A DNA stretch of 64,000 nucleotides. It comes from an uncultured beta proteobacterium. GTDB taxonomy: Bacteria > Pseudomonadota > Gammaproteobacteria > Burkholderiales > SG8-39. The number at the start of each line of letters is the position of its first letter. Position 1 is the stretch's first letter. This document shows, piece by piece, positions 49,009-57,891 of this stretch. The notes beneath the pieces are model-generated. The model was not told the DNA's origin, searched no databases, and saw only the letters and a list, made by a program, of their open reading frames with translations. The translations under genes were made by a program, and so were the position numbers. The stretch spans positions 3,148 to 67,147 of the forward strand of contig CAVVGT010000005.1 of NCBI GenBank assembly GCA_963747775.1, read 5' to 3'.

Positions 49009-49767
49009 ATGAGAAAGACTTTGGCAGCATCCGCGCGCGACTACGTCCTGAAGCTGGACCTTCCCTTTGCGCCGCCCGCATTCGAGGCGGTGACCGCGAT
49101 GGCGTTTTCGGACCAGCGCGAGGCGGTCGCCGTCGGTGCGCAGCTCGCGGAGTTCACCCCTGCGGTGCCGGCCGGCGTGCGCGGCGCCATCGCCGACAGC
49201 ATCCTGCTCGCGCAGCTCGCCGCCAACAAGGTCACCACCCAGACGGAGGACGTCTTCCGCTGGTACGACAAGTACATCGAGGTGCTCCAGAACATCGGCT
49301 GGCAGGTCCGGGACCTCGATTTCCAGGCGCAGCAGGTGAGCGACCAGGACGCCTGGGTGCACAAGGAGATCATCCCGGTGCTCGCGCTGCTGCTCGGGCC
49401 GCAGGCCGCGGCCGCCTCGATCGTGATCGCGGTGCTGAACGGTCTCCAGAATATGGATTCGAGCTCCCCCTGGATCACGCTCTTCGACCAGTCGAGCCAG
49501 CACGCGCGCGGCGCGAAGTTCCAAGTGAGCTACGTCGATGCCGACGCGCAGGGATCCCCGGAGATCTCGCTCCTCTGCTTCGGCATCCAGGCGGACCGGA
49601 CCATCACGCAGGTGCTGTTCTTCAAGACCTCCGCGCAGAGCGCCGAGGTGAAGAAGGCCTCGGCCAAGCTGGCCGTCAGCATGGAGCGCCTGAACTCGGC
49701 GAAGGACGCCCTTGCCGGCCGCGTGCAGCCCTTCATTGCGGACTACGTGAAGAACATCGACATCTGA
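49009..49767 (+). CDS. hypothetical 252-aa protein (no family recognised), first gene of the plus-strand unit
   Basis: MRKTLAASARDYVLKLDLPF.. with a GGAGGG RBS. One hydrophobic segment (IIPVLALLLGPQAAAASIVIAVL). 14 nt upstream of the next gene. Confidence 0.55.
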   Translation: MRKTLAASARDYVLKLDLPFAPPAFEAVTAMAFSDQREAVAVGAQLAEFTPAVPAGVRGAIADSILLAQLAANKVTTQTEDVFRWYDKYIEVLQNIGWQVRDLDFQAQQVSDQDAWVHKEIIPVLALLLGPQAAAASIVIAVLNGLQNMDSSSPWITLFDQSSQHARGAKFQVSYVDADAQGSPEISLLCFGIQADRTITQVLFFKTSAQSAEVKKASAKLAVSMERLNSAKDALAGRVQPFIADYVKNIDI

Positions 49768-49781
49768 GGCGCGGGCCGCGC

Positions 49782-51736
49782 ATGAAGCCGCACGCCTTCA
49801 TCGCCATGCCGTTCGGCACCAAGCCCGGCCACGACGGGCAGCCGATCGATTTCGACCGGGTGTACGCGGAACTGATCAAGCCCGCGCTGGAGGCGGCGGG
49901 CTGGGAGGTGTTCCGGGCCGATGAGGAGCTCCGCGCCGGCGACATCCGCATCGACATGTTCCAGGAGCTGCTGGTCGCCGACCTGGTGGTCGCCGATTTG
50001 ACGCTGAACAACCCCAACGTCTGGTACGAGCTCGGCGTGCGCCACGCGCTGCGCGCACGGGGCGTGGTGCTCGTGCAAGGGCCGCGTCCGACCCAGCCGT
50101 TCGACATCTACACCGACCGCAAGCTGAACTACCGGCTGAAGGACGGCGCGCCCGACGCCGCGCACGTGCAGGCCGATCGCGACGTGCTGGCCGCCATGGC
50201 GCGCGCCACGCTGGAGGCGGCCACCGCGCGGCCGGTCAGCCCCGTCTATGCGCTGCTCGATCACCTGCGCGAGCCCACGTGGCGGGAGCTGCTGCTCGCC
50301 GAGCGAAACGAGTTCAGCCAGGCCTATGAAGCGTGGCGCAGTCGCATGGAGATCGCGCGGCAGAAGAACCGGCCGGGCGACATCCTGGTGCTTGCGGATG
50401 AGACGCCCACCCGCGCGCTGTGGCTGGAGGCCAAGCGCGCCGCGGCGAACGGCCTGCTCAAACTGAGGCAGTTCGATTTTGCCCTGGAGCAGTTCGAGGC
50501 CGCGCTGGCGATCGACCCCGACGACAAGCCGAGCCGCGAGAAGAAGGCGGTGTGCCTCGGCCGCCTCGGCCGTTACGAGGAAGCGCGCGAGTGGACGCGC
50601 CAGCTGACCGATGACTATCCGCGGGACGCCGAGGCCTGGGCGTTGGCCGGCCGCGTCGAGAAGGACGACTGGATCAGCCGCTGGCGGCGCGCCGGCGACA
50701 CGCCGGCGCAGATGCGGGCTGCGGCCGCGGCCGAGGAGGCGAGCCTGCGGGAGGCGATCGAGCCGTACCACAAGGCCTTCATCACCGATCCAAGCCACTA
50801 CTTTTCCGGCATCAACTCCCTCACGCTGCACGTGCTGCAAAAGCACCTGGGGGGCGCACCGGACGCGACCGTCGTCGACAACCTGATCGGCGGCGTGCTC
50901 TGGGCCAGCCTGACCGCTCAGAAGCGCGACCCCAAGGACTACTGGGCGCGCGCGAGCTACGCGGAGCTCTGCCTGCTCGTGAATCCGAAGGAAGCCGTGA
51001 TCCGCGAGTTCCGCGCCGCGGTGGCCGCGGCCAATCGCGACTGGTTCGCGCTCGATTCCACGCTCCAGACGTTGAAGCTGTTGCGCGACCTGGAGTTTCG
51101 CCCCGATGAAACCGGCGCGGCGCTGGAGATCGTGGAGCGCGAAATCGCTCGCGCGAACCCGCCGTTCCTGCCGCGGCAGGTGCTCCTGTTCTCCGGCCAC
51201 ATGGTCGACGCGCCCGGACCGCGCGATGCCGCGCTTTCCGGCCGACAAGGAGCCGGTCGCCGCGCAGAAGATCGCCGCGGCGCTCGATCAGCTCGGTGCG
51301 GGCGCGGGCGACCTCGCCCTGACGCAAGGCGCGGCCGGCGGCGACCTGCTGTTCGTCGAAGCCTGCCTGCAGCGCGGCGTGCGCTGCATGCTGCTGTTCC
51401 CCTTCGAGGAACCCAAGTTCATCGAGGAGTCCCTGCTGGCGTCCAAGGACGGCGAGCGCTGGCGCGAGCGCTACTTCGCGGTCAAGGCGCAACTGAAGGA
51501 CGCGCCGCGCGATCATGCCGGCCGAGCTGGGGCCGCTGCCGAAGGGCGCCAGCGCGTACGAGCGCTGCAACCTGTGGCTGCTGTACACCGCGCTCGCATG
51601 GGGCGTGGACAAGGTGCGCTTCGTCTGCCTGTGGAACGGCGGCGGCGGCGATGGCCCCGGCGGGACCGCGCACATGTACAACGAGGTCAAGCGCCGGACC
51701 GGGCGGGTCACCTGGATCGACACCCGGAAGCTGTAG
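49782..51736 (+). pseudogene. TIR/nucleoside-deoxyribosyltransferase-like N-domain - DUF4071 (TPR-like) - C-terminal Rossmann-like domain protein, interrupted by two +1 frameshifts (~51213 and ~51510)
   Basis: Frame 0: MKPHAFIAMPFG..HYFSGINSLTLHVL..LLFSGHMVDAPG. It continues in ORF 51106..51744 (..PRFPADKEP..TQGAAGGDLLFVEAC..) and then ORF 51515..51736 (MPAELGPLPKG..CLWNGGGGDGPGGTAHM..). Confidence 0.65.
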
Positions 51737-51740
51737 GCAG

Positions 51741-53465
51741 CTAACGGCCGGACGCCGCGTGCGGCGCCGGAGTCGCCGCGTCGGCAGCGCGCGCCGGGCG
51801 CGGCGCGACCGCGTCGAGCAGCGTCGCCATCAGGCCGCGGATCTCGGCGGCGGTGCTGCGCTCCACCGCGAGCAGGCGCGCGGTCGGCGCCGGCGAGCGG
51901 CGGTTGGGCGTGCCGGGCCCGACCGCCGACCAGAGCACGCGCAGCGTCGCCTCGAGGAAACCGCGATCGGTGGTGCCGTCGACCACGAATACCACGCGTG
52001 CGAGCTCGATCGCCTGGAGCAGCTCGCCGAGCTCATACACGCAGCCGCGGTTGGCGGGCGCGAAGCTGCGCAGGTCCATCAGGACGACGTCGCTCTCCTC
52101 GACGAGCCGGTGCATCGTCATCTGCCAGGTGTCGGCGTGGCAGAAGAACTCGTTCACGCGATAGCGGCCGTCGGGGTCGCGCTCCTGGTCGATCGCCGCG
52201 ATCCGCCGCTCGAGGTCGGGGCGGCCGGTGACGAAGCGCCCGGCGAGCTCGCCGCTCGCGAACTCGAGGAACTCGTGCGGCTCCACGGTGCTCGTGACGA
52301 GATCCGGGCCGGCGATCATCGACACGCTCCCGAGGCGCAGCCAGTGCGCGCGCAGCACGTCGAAGAACCGTTCCGAGCGGCTGCCGAGCGCGAAAACGCG
52401 AAGCAGCAGAAGCCGGCGTGGTGCCGGCGCCGGGCGGCGCCGCAGCAATGCGAAGGCGACGATCGTCGCGAGCTTGTAGGCGAGGAACGCGGCGAGCCCC
52501 GTCGCCGCCCAGGTCGCGCCTTCGAAGGCGAAGGCGACGGACTGGCTGATGCCGAAGAACAGGAACACCGTATCGATCGTGAGCGATTGGTCGGAGAGCC
52601 GCTTGCGCTGGTAGCGCCGCCCGAGCCGGCGCAGCACGATCCAGCCGCCGAGGGCGAAGAGCGCGAAGCCGGACACGAGCGTGTACACGAAGATCTCCGT
52701 GCCGCCGAGGCCGAGGAGCGCGCCGGCCTCGACCGCCGCGCGCATCCGGTCGTCGCTTGCGCCCACCACTTTGAGCGCGAGCAAGCTGCCGCCCAGGGCC
52801 AGAACGGCGAAGGTCACGACCAGGGGTCCGACGGCGCGGATCGGACGGGCAAGAAAGAGAAAGAGCAGCGCAGTCTCCGCGCCGTTGGTGATGACCCAGA
52901 AGACCGCCGGATCGTACCAACGGAGATCCGGGCTGCGCGCGAGCGCGATGGCCGCAAGCAGCGCGAACACGCCGCCGTATGCGCCGAGCAGCTTGAGGCG
53001 CGCTGCGCGCGTCGTGCCGGCCACGATTCCGGCCGCGATGACCGCCGGCCAAAGGAAAGTCCAGAAGAACGTCGCGAGCTTCACCGGCCCGACGCCTGCG
53101 TCGACGGTGAAAACGGTCCACGGCACCGACATCACGCAGGCGTACGCCGCCCCGCCGAGACCGTAGATGGCCGCGGCGTGCCAGGGTCCGCGCATCACGT
53201 CCCGGATCCCGGGTGCTTCATCCGCGGCGGAGCGTGCGTCGGCGAACGCGATCTTCAGCGCGTTGGCCGGTCCCGCCGCCGCCGTGCGCACTTTAGCCGT
53301 CGCGTCCCCGCCGCGCGCGGCGGTGTTCATCGACCGCAGCACCGCGCGGCGGTACAGCCGCAGCAGCAGCAGCGAGACGGGAAGCGCGAGGAGCGCGCCG
53401 CCGAGCAGCACCGACGGCAGTTCGCCCGTGATCGCGAGCGTCGTGGGGTCCGTCGTCGCGCTCAT
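51741..53465 (-). CDS. 574-aa polytopic membrane protein (about 10 TM) with ~220-aa cytoplasmic-type C-terminal domain
   Basis: Start MSATTDP overlaps the TIR gene stop (ATGA). There are many hydrophobic helices. The C-terminal ..LLLLRVFALGSRSERFF..VVLMDLRSF..VVFVVDGTTD.. suggests an alpha/beta domain. No family recognised. Confidence 0.6.
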   Translation of the reverse strand: MSATTDPTTLAITGELPSVLLGGALLALPVSLLLLRLYRRAVLRSMNTAARGGDATAKVRTAAAGPANALKIAFADARSAADEAPGIRDVMRGPWHAAAIYGLGGAAYACVMSVPWTVFTVDAGVGPVKLATFFWTFLWPAVIAAGIVAGTTRAARLKLLGAYGGVFALLAAIALARSPDLRWYDPAVFWVITNGAETALLFLFLARPIRAVGPLVVTFAVLALGGSLLALKVVGASDDRMRAAVEAGALLGLGGTEIFVYTLVSGFALFALGGWIVLRRLGRRYQRKRLSDQSLTIDTVFLFFGISQSVAFAFEGATWAATGLAAFLAYKLATIVAFALLRRRPAPAPRRLLLLRVFALGSRSERFFDVLRAHWLRLGSVSMIAGPDLVTSTVEPHEFLEFASGELAGRFVTGRPDLERRIAAIDQERDPDGRYRVNEFFCHADTWQMTMHRLVEESDVVLMDLRSFAPANRGCVYELGELLQAIELARVVFVVDGTTDRGFLEATLRVLWSAVGPGTPNRRSPAPTARLLAVERSTAAEIRGLMATLLDAVAPRPARAADAATPAPHAASGR

Positions 53466-55018
53466 CGGGCGAGCGTGAAATCCACGAGCTCGAAGGTGGC
53501 GAGCTCCTGCGGCACGTTGCGCTCGTAGGTGCGCGCGTCGACCTTGACGAAGCGCTTCGCCGCGGGCGCATACCAGAGGGTGACGATCGAGTGCAGCGGG
53601 ATGCGGTTGATGAACGTGCTCCCGCGCCCTTCGGCCACGACCTTGATCGCATCGAACGTGCCGGCCGGCACGGTCACCTGCTCGCGCCCCGCGATCCGCA
53701 TCGCCATCTCGATGGTGGCATCGGAGGAGAGCTGGCGCTTCACCGTGGGCAGCGACGCGCCGTCGTCGAGTCGGTAGAACGCCTGCAGGTAGGGCGCGAG
53801 ATCGGGCGGCGCGTATTCGAGACCAGAGTGGCCGGAAAAGCGTGGCTCGCGCGCGACCACGATTCGGCTCTGGTAGTCGGGGCGGTTCGACACGCGCAGC
53901 AATTCGCCGACGCCGGCCTCGCTCACCGTGTCGACCCGGTAGGTCATCCGGGCGACCTCGGCACGGCGGAAGCCGTCGACGTAGCGATAGGTCCAGGTGT
54001 CGCCCGGCGCGGGCATCAGCGGCGGGCGCGCCGCGACGGCGACCTTCGGCGGTGCAGGCTCGGCGGCCGGAGGCTTCTGGGCCTCCGCGGCCGGTGCCGC
54101 GGGCGCGGGGGCGGGCGGCGCGATGGCGGCCTGCGGTGCGGGCGGCGCGACCGGTTTCGGCTGCGCCTTGGGCGCCTGCCGCCGCTTCTCCTCGTCGGCC
54201 TTCCGCGCGGCCTCCGCGGCGGCGCGCGCGCGCTCGGACTCGGCCTGCGCGATGCGCCGCTGGTCTTCCCGACGCTGGTCTTCCTCCTGCGCGCGGCGCG
54301 CGGACTCGGCCTCCGTCGCCCGAGCCTTCTCGTCGATGCTCCGTTGCTTCGCATCGAGCTCGGCCTGGCGCTTTGCGGCCGTCTCCTCGGTGCGGCGGCG
54401 CGCCTCGTCGAATGCTCTCTGCCGCGAGTCCAGCTCGACGGCGCGGCGGTCGACGTCGTCGAAGTAGCGCATGACCCCGAAGGTGCCGGCGGCGACGATT
54501 GCAACGCCGAGGACGGCCGGAACGAGCCGGCGCAACCACATCCGCCAGTCGGCGCCCGCCGTGCCGCGCTCGACGCGGATCGCCGCCAGCGTCTGCGGCG
54601 GCGTGACCCCGGGCGTGAGCAACGCCCTCAGGTCGGAGACGAGCTGGCGGAAGCCGGGCGAGGTCTGGTCGCCGTGGTAGCCGACGAGGTTGGCGGCGTG
54701 GATACTGCGAAAGCCCATGGGCGGCTCGACCGCGTCGATCAGCACCGGCACGAGGATGCCGCGCTCGAGCCCTTCGTTCGCCTCGTCGCGGACCCAGCGC
54801 GAGGTGATCGAGGCTTTCGACCACAGCACCAGGACGCAGTCCGACTTCTTGATCTCGGACTCGATGACGCCGGCGAAGGTCTTGCCGGCCTGCAGCTTGT
54901 GGTCCCACCACACCGCCCACCCCAGCGCCTCGAGATCGGCCGCGATCTCGCGCGCGCGGTCGCGGTCCTCGCTGGCGTAGCTGAGGAAGATGCGAGGCAC
55001 GACCGCGCCGCCGGTCAA
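53462..55018 (-). CDS. TIR domain protein with TM helix, charged coiled-coil, Pro/Ala-rich linker and C-terminal beta-rich domain
   Basis: RIFLSYASEDRDRAREIAADLEALGWAVWWD..CVLVLWSKASITSRWVRDEA (TIR, conserved Glu ~aa 79). TM LVPAVLGVAIVAAGTFGVM (aa ~165-183). Confidence 0.8.
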   Translation of the reverse strand: MTGGAVVPRIFLSYASEDRDRAREIAADLEALGWAVWWDHKLQAGKTFAGVIESEIKKSDCVLVLWSKASITSRWVRDEANEGLERGILVPVLIDAVEPPMGFRSIHAANLVGYHGDQTSPGFRQLVSDLRALLTPGVTPPQTLAAIRVERGTAGADWRMWLRRLVPAVLGVAIVAAGTFGVMRYFDDVDRRAVELDSRQRAFDEARRRTEETAAKRQAELDAKQRSIDEKARATEAESARRAQEEDQRREDQRRIAQAESERARAAAEAARKADEEKRRQAPKAQPKPVAPPAPQAAIAPPAPAPAAPAAEAQKPPAAEPAPPKVAVAARPPLMPAPGDTWTYRYVDGFRRAEVARMTYRVDTVSEAGVGELLRVSNRPDYQSRIVVAREPRFSGHSGLEYAPPDLAPYLQAFYRLDDGASLPTVKRQLSSDATIEMAMRIAGREQVTVPAGTFDAIKVVAEGRGSTFINRIPLHSIVTLWYAPAAKRFVKVDARTYERNVPQELATFELVDFTLAR

Positions 55019-55129
55019 AGCGACTTCAGGTAATCGAGCAGCGCATCTTTGTCGCCCTCGGGCAGGTCGACGCCGAACGCGTGGCCGCGGTTCGAGTTGG
55101 CGCCCAGCGCGTTAAGGCTGCGGGCGCGT

Positions 55130-56371
55130 CTAGTCAAACGTTTCATCCCCATTCGGCTCGTAGTGCGGCACACCGTTCATGTCGTGCCGATACTTCGACA
55201 ACTCGAAGTACATGCGCTTCCGGGCCCGGCTTTGGTTGCCGAGCGGGCGATGCTCGGCGACGCAGTGCCACGGGTTGTAGGAAAGCCGTCGCGCGAACGC
55301 GATCTGCGCCGGCGAATCGAATTTCTGCTGCGGAATGCGCAAGGTGGCCACCGAGACGCGGGGCGACAGCCGTTCCGGCCACAGTACGGCGTTGTTCTCG
55401 ATCGGCATCCGCTGAGGATCGGTCTGCAGCTGCAGGCGCACGTCGAGCTCGACATCGCCTTGATCGAGCGCGGCGACCATCGCTTTGCGCAGGTAGTCAT
55501 CGGGCGGCCGCAGCGGCAGGCGCGGGATCGGTGTCTTCTTGCTCGACTTCGGCCATACCGAATATTGCATCGCCTGCCCTTCTCCCAGCAGATACGGCAC
55601 GCAACTGAAGTACGGCGCCTCGAACGGACTGCTCTGGGTCTTGATCCACAGTCCCTGCATGATGAAATCCAGCACGTGCGGGCGGTGGAAGTTCAGGAAG
55701 TAGAAGAGCGATGCGTTCTTCAGGCTCTCACGCTGCAACTGGGCGTTCGCGCTCGTGTCCGGCGTCACGAAAGTGGGCGTGGACACGCCGAACATGTCCT
55801 GCGTGAACTTCTCCTCGTCCATCAGCTTGTCGCCGGGGACTCCCATCAGCTTGATGCTGATGCTCATGAAACCCACGTCGTCGATGTCCGGCGTCACGTA
55901 CGGCCCGGGTCCGGAAAAGCGCACCCATGCGCGATAGGTCTTGGGTTGCGCGTAGATGCCGTGCCGGAACCGCGGCGGCAGGCCGTCGTGGACGATGAAC
56001 TCCGCCCGCACGATGCCGTGGGTCTTGGTGTTTCCGCCGCGTTCGAATCCGCCCGGCTTCCAGAGCCCGCGCATCTGCGCCCGGAAGGTATCGATGATCG
56101 ATTGGAGCGACGCCTCTTCGTCCGGCTGCACCCGTTCCTCGGCGATCTTCAGTCCCTCGTTCGGGCGCCGCCAGTTGATCAACGCGGTGGTCAGGCGCGC
56201 GATCGGGTCGCGCAGCACCGCATCGAAGGGCGGACGCATCCAGGGATCGATGCGCCGCTGCAGTTGCAGCAGTCGCAGTGACGTGTCGCTGATCCAGTTG
56301 AGGAGCACCGAGCCGGTTTCGGCCGGCGGCGCCGGGCGGCTCGTCATTGAGCCCAACACGTTCCTTTGCAT
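55130..56371 (-). CDS. catalase-related haem protein (catalase-core-like, ~413 aa)
   Basis: ..FERGGNTKTHGIVRAEFIV.. resembles the catalase distal-His region, and C-terminal ..RARKRMYFELSKYR.. resembles the proximal-Tyr region. Start MQRNV within ORF 55130..56821. Confidence 0.5.
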   Translation of the reverse strand: MQRNVLGSMTSRPAPPAETGSVLLNWISDTSLRLLQLQRRIDPWMRPPFDAVLRDPIARLTTALINWRRPNEGLKIAEERVQPDEEASLQSIIDTFRAQMRGLWKPGGFERGGNTKTHGIVRAEFIVHDGLPPRFRHGIYAQPKTYRAWVRFSGPGPYVTPDIDDVGFMSISIKLMGVPGDKLMDEEKFTQDMFGVSTPTFVTPDTSANAQLQRESLKNASLFYFLNFHRPHVLDFIMQGLWIKTQSSPFEAPYFSCVPYLLGEGQAMQYSVWPKSSKKTPIPRLPLRPPDDYLRKAMVAALDQGDVELDVRLQLQTDPQRMPIENNAVLWPERLSPRVSVATLRIPQQKFDSPAQIAFARRLSYNPWHCVAEHRPLGNQSRARKRMYFELSKYRHDMNGVPHYEPNGDETFD

Positions 56372-56382
56372 CGCGACCCCTT

Positions 56383-57891
56383 TCAGCGCGTCGTGGCGAG
56401 GTAACGCAAGGCGCGAATACCGGGCAGGAAAAAGTAGGCGCCACCCAGCACGGTGACGAACTGCGGCAGGCCGTTCAACCGACGATCCGGACCATCGGCT
56501 TGCGGAATCGAGAAGCCGTCGGTGGGCGAATCCCCCGGGTCCGGCAATCGGTGGCCCAGCAATGGATCGCTTTCGGTGAGCCCGGCAAATTTGCTCCCGA
56601 TCAACCACGCGCTTTGCACGAACTCGAACTGGCGCTTGATGTTGGCCGCGAGGCAGATGAAATGGATCCCGGTATCCGCGCCGGACGAGGATTCCGTGGC
56701 AGACCGCGCCGGCACCACGCCTGCACCGAATGCCCGTCCGCGGCGAAGCAGGCGATGAAAGCGTGTGGATGCGACCAGGTCCCGCTCCAGTGCCGCCGTG
56801 TTGAATCCCAGCATGCGCCACAGACGCGACAGGATTCCGCGCCCACCGGGCGGCAAATCCGCGTTACGCGGATTGGTCCGTCGAATGTGAGCGCCCAATG
56901 GGCAGCGCAGGCCCCGCGGATCGGCCTGGTAGGTGAAGTCGTTCAATGTCGATTGCTGCGTTGAAGCGCCGCCAGCGACCGATTCCCCGCTTGGCGCCGC
57001 AAGGGGCTCGCCATCTTTCTTTCGGCCGACCATCGCCGCGGCCAGTCGCTCGCGCAAGTCCGCATCGCCTTGCGCTTGCCGGTCCAGTTCGCGCCAGAAG
57101 CCCTGCACGTCCTGCCGCAGCTGGCGCAGCACGAGATAGCAGCCGTTGCGTCCGAGGTCGGCCTGGTCCGGCGCGTCCTCGGCCCTCGGCAGCAGAGCAC
57201 CCGGGTCACGCTGTGGGGCCAGCAGCGGACGCGGCGTGTAGAGCCCGTACTCGTTGGGATAGCCGAGCAGGAACTCGCCGAGACAGGTTACGTTGCCGTA
57301 CTCGAGCTGGTCCCGGTCGCGCACCGGGCGCTTGCGTTCCCAATCGACTTCCGGTTGTGAAATGCCGTCGGCAAATCCGAACGGTTCCACGCCCCGCATG
57401 TCGGACGTCGACAGGCGTCCGATGCGCACGAAGCCGGCCGCGTATTGCGCTTCGATCTCCTGCTCCCACGCCGCCAGCCGCCCGGGCCTCGCGTAGAGGA
57501 GCACGGCGACGTGCGGCACCCGCTCGCCGACGCCCCATCGCCACTTTCCGGGGTCGCTGGCGCCGACATCTCCCAAACGGCGTGCGCGTGTGCCGTCGCT
57601 CGCCATGCCGGCGACAAATTCGGCTGAGAACGCCGCACAGAGGTCAGGAGCGACCTCCAACGCACGCAGTCCCTCGCTCGTGAGTGCGACGTGGAGCGCA
57701 GTCTGGGGCGGCGAATCGGCCTTGACTGCGCTCGTTACCGGGGCCCGCGCCAACCAGGCGCGCGCAGCGGCCGGATCCTCGACGCGCAGCAGGAGAAAAC
57801 AGGCTTCCGTCAGGTGCTTGTATCCGAACCGCACCAGGCCCTGAACGTCGTCCAGTTCCACCGATCTGCCCTCGCTCGGGGTCGCGTTCAT
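56383..57891 (-). CDS. DyP-type haem peroxidase
   Basis: ..EPFGFADGISQP.. and ..GAHIRRTNPR.. are DyP hallmark regions. Start MNATPSE overlaps the upstream stop (ATGA). Confidence 0.8.
   Translation of the reverse strand: MNATPSEGRSVELDDVQGLVRFGYKHLTEACFLLLRVEDPAAARAWLARAPVTSAVKADSPPQTALHVALTSEGLRALEVAPDLCAAFSAEFVAGMASDGTRARRLGDVGASDPGKWRWGVGERVPHVAVLLYARPGRLAAWEQEIEAQYAAGFVRIGRLSTSDMRGVEPFGFADGISQPEVDWERKRPVRDRDQLEYGNVTCLGEFLLGYPNEYGLYTPRPLLAPQRDPGALLPRAEDAPDQADLGRNGCYLVLRQLRQDVQGFWRELDRQAQGDADLRERLAAAMVGRKKDGEPLAAPSGESVAGGASTQQSTLNDFTYQADPRGLRCPLGAHIRRTNPRNADLPPGGRGILSRLWRMLGFNTAALERDLVASTRFHRLLRRGRAFGAGVVPARSATESSSGADTGIHFICLAANIKRQFEFVQSAWLIGSKFAGLTESDPLLGHRLPDPGDSPTDGFSIPQADGPDRRLNGLPQFVTVLGGAYFFLPGIRALRYLATTR

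Noticed and set aside
51216-53528. Continuation of ORF 49782..53528 (1248 aa) beyond ~51215. Also the long N-terminal extensions of ORFs 51741..54920, 55130..56821, 56383..58911, 45549..48728, 23482..25194 and 39837..43838.
   Set aside because: The extensions are R-rich and overlap neighbouring genes that have clear motifs. Internal starts with RBS and/or stop-start overlaps give proteins of normal family length.
54050-54200. A Pro/Ala-rich stretch (APPAPQAAIAPPAPAPAAPAAEAQKPPAAEPAPP) in the TIR protein as a DNA-level tandem repeat or contingency locus.
   Set aside because: It is a low-complexity linker without a clean repeating nucleotide unit, so I interpret it as an interdomain spacer.
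53580-55018. An apparent 1-nt disagreement between my reading of the printed bases and the ORF-track frames, at ~53580/53581, ~53760 and ~55015-55018. If real, it would frameshift the TIR gene.
   Set aside because: The offsets coincide with line breaks and cancel out. The ORF track gives an intact 518-aa TIR ORF, so I treat this as my own counting error and rely on the track.
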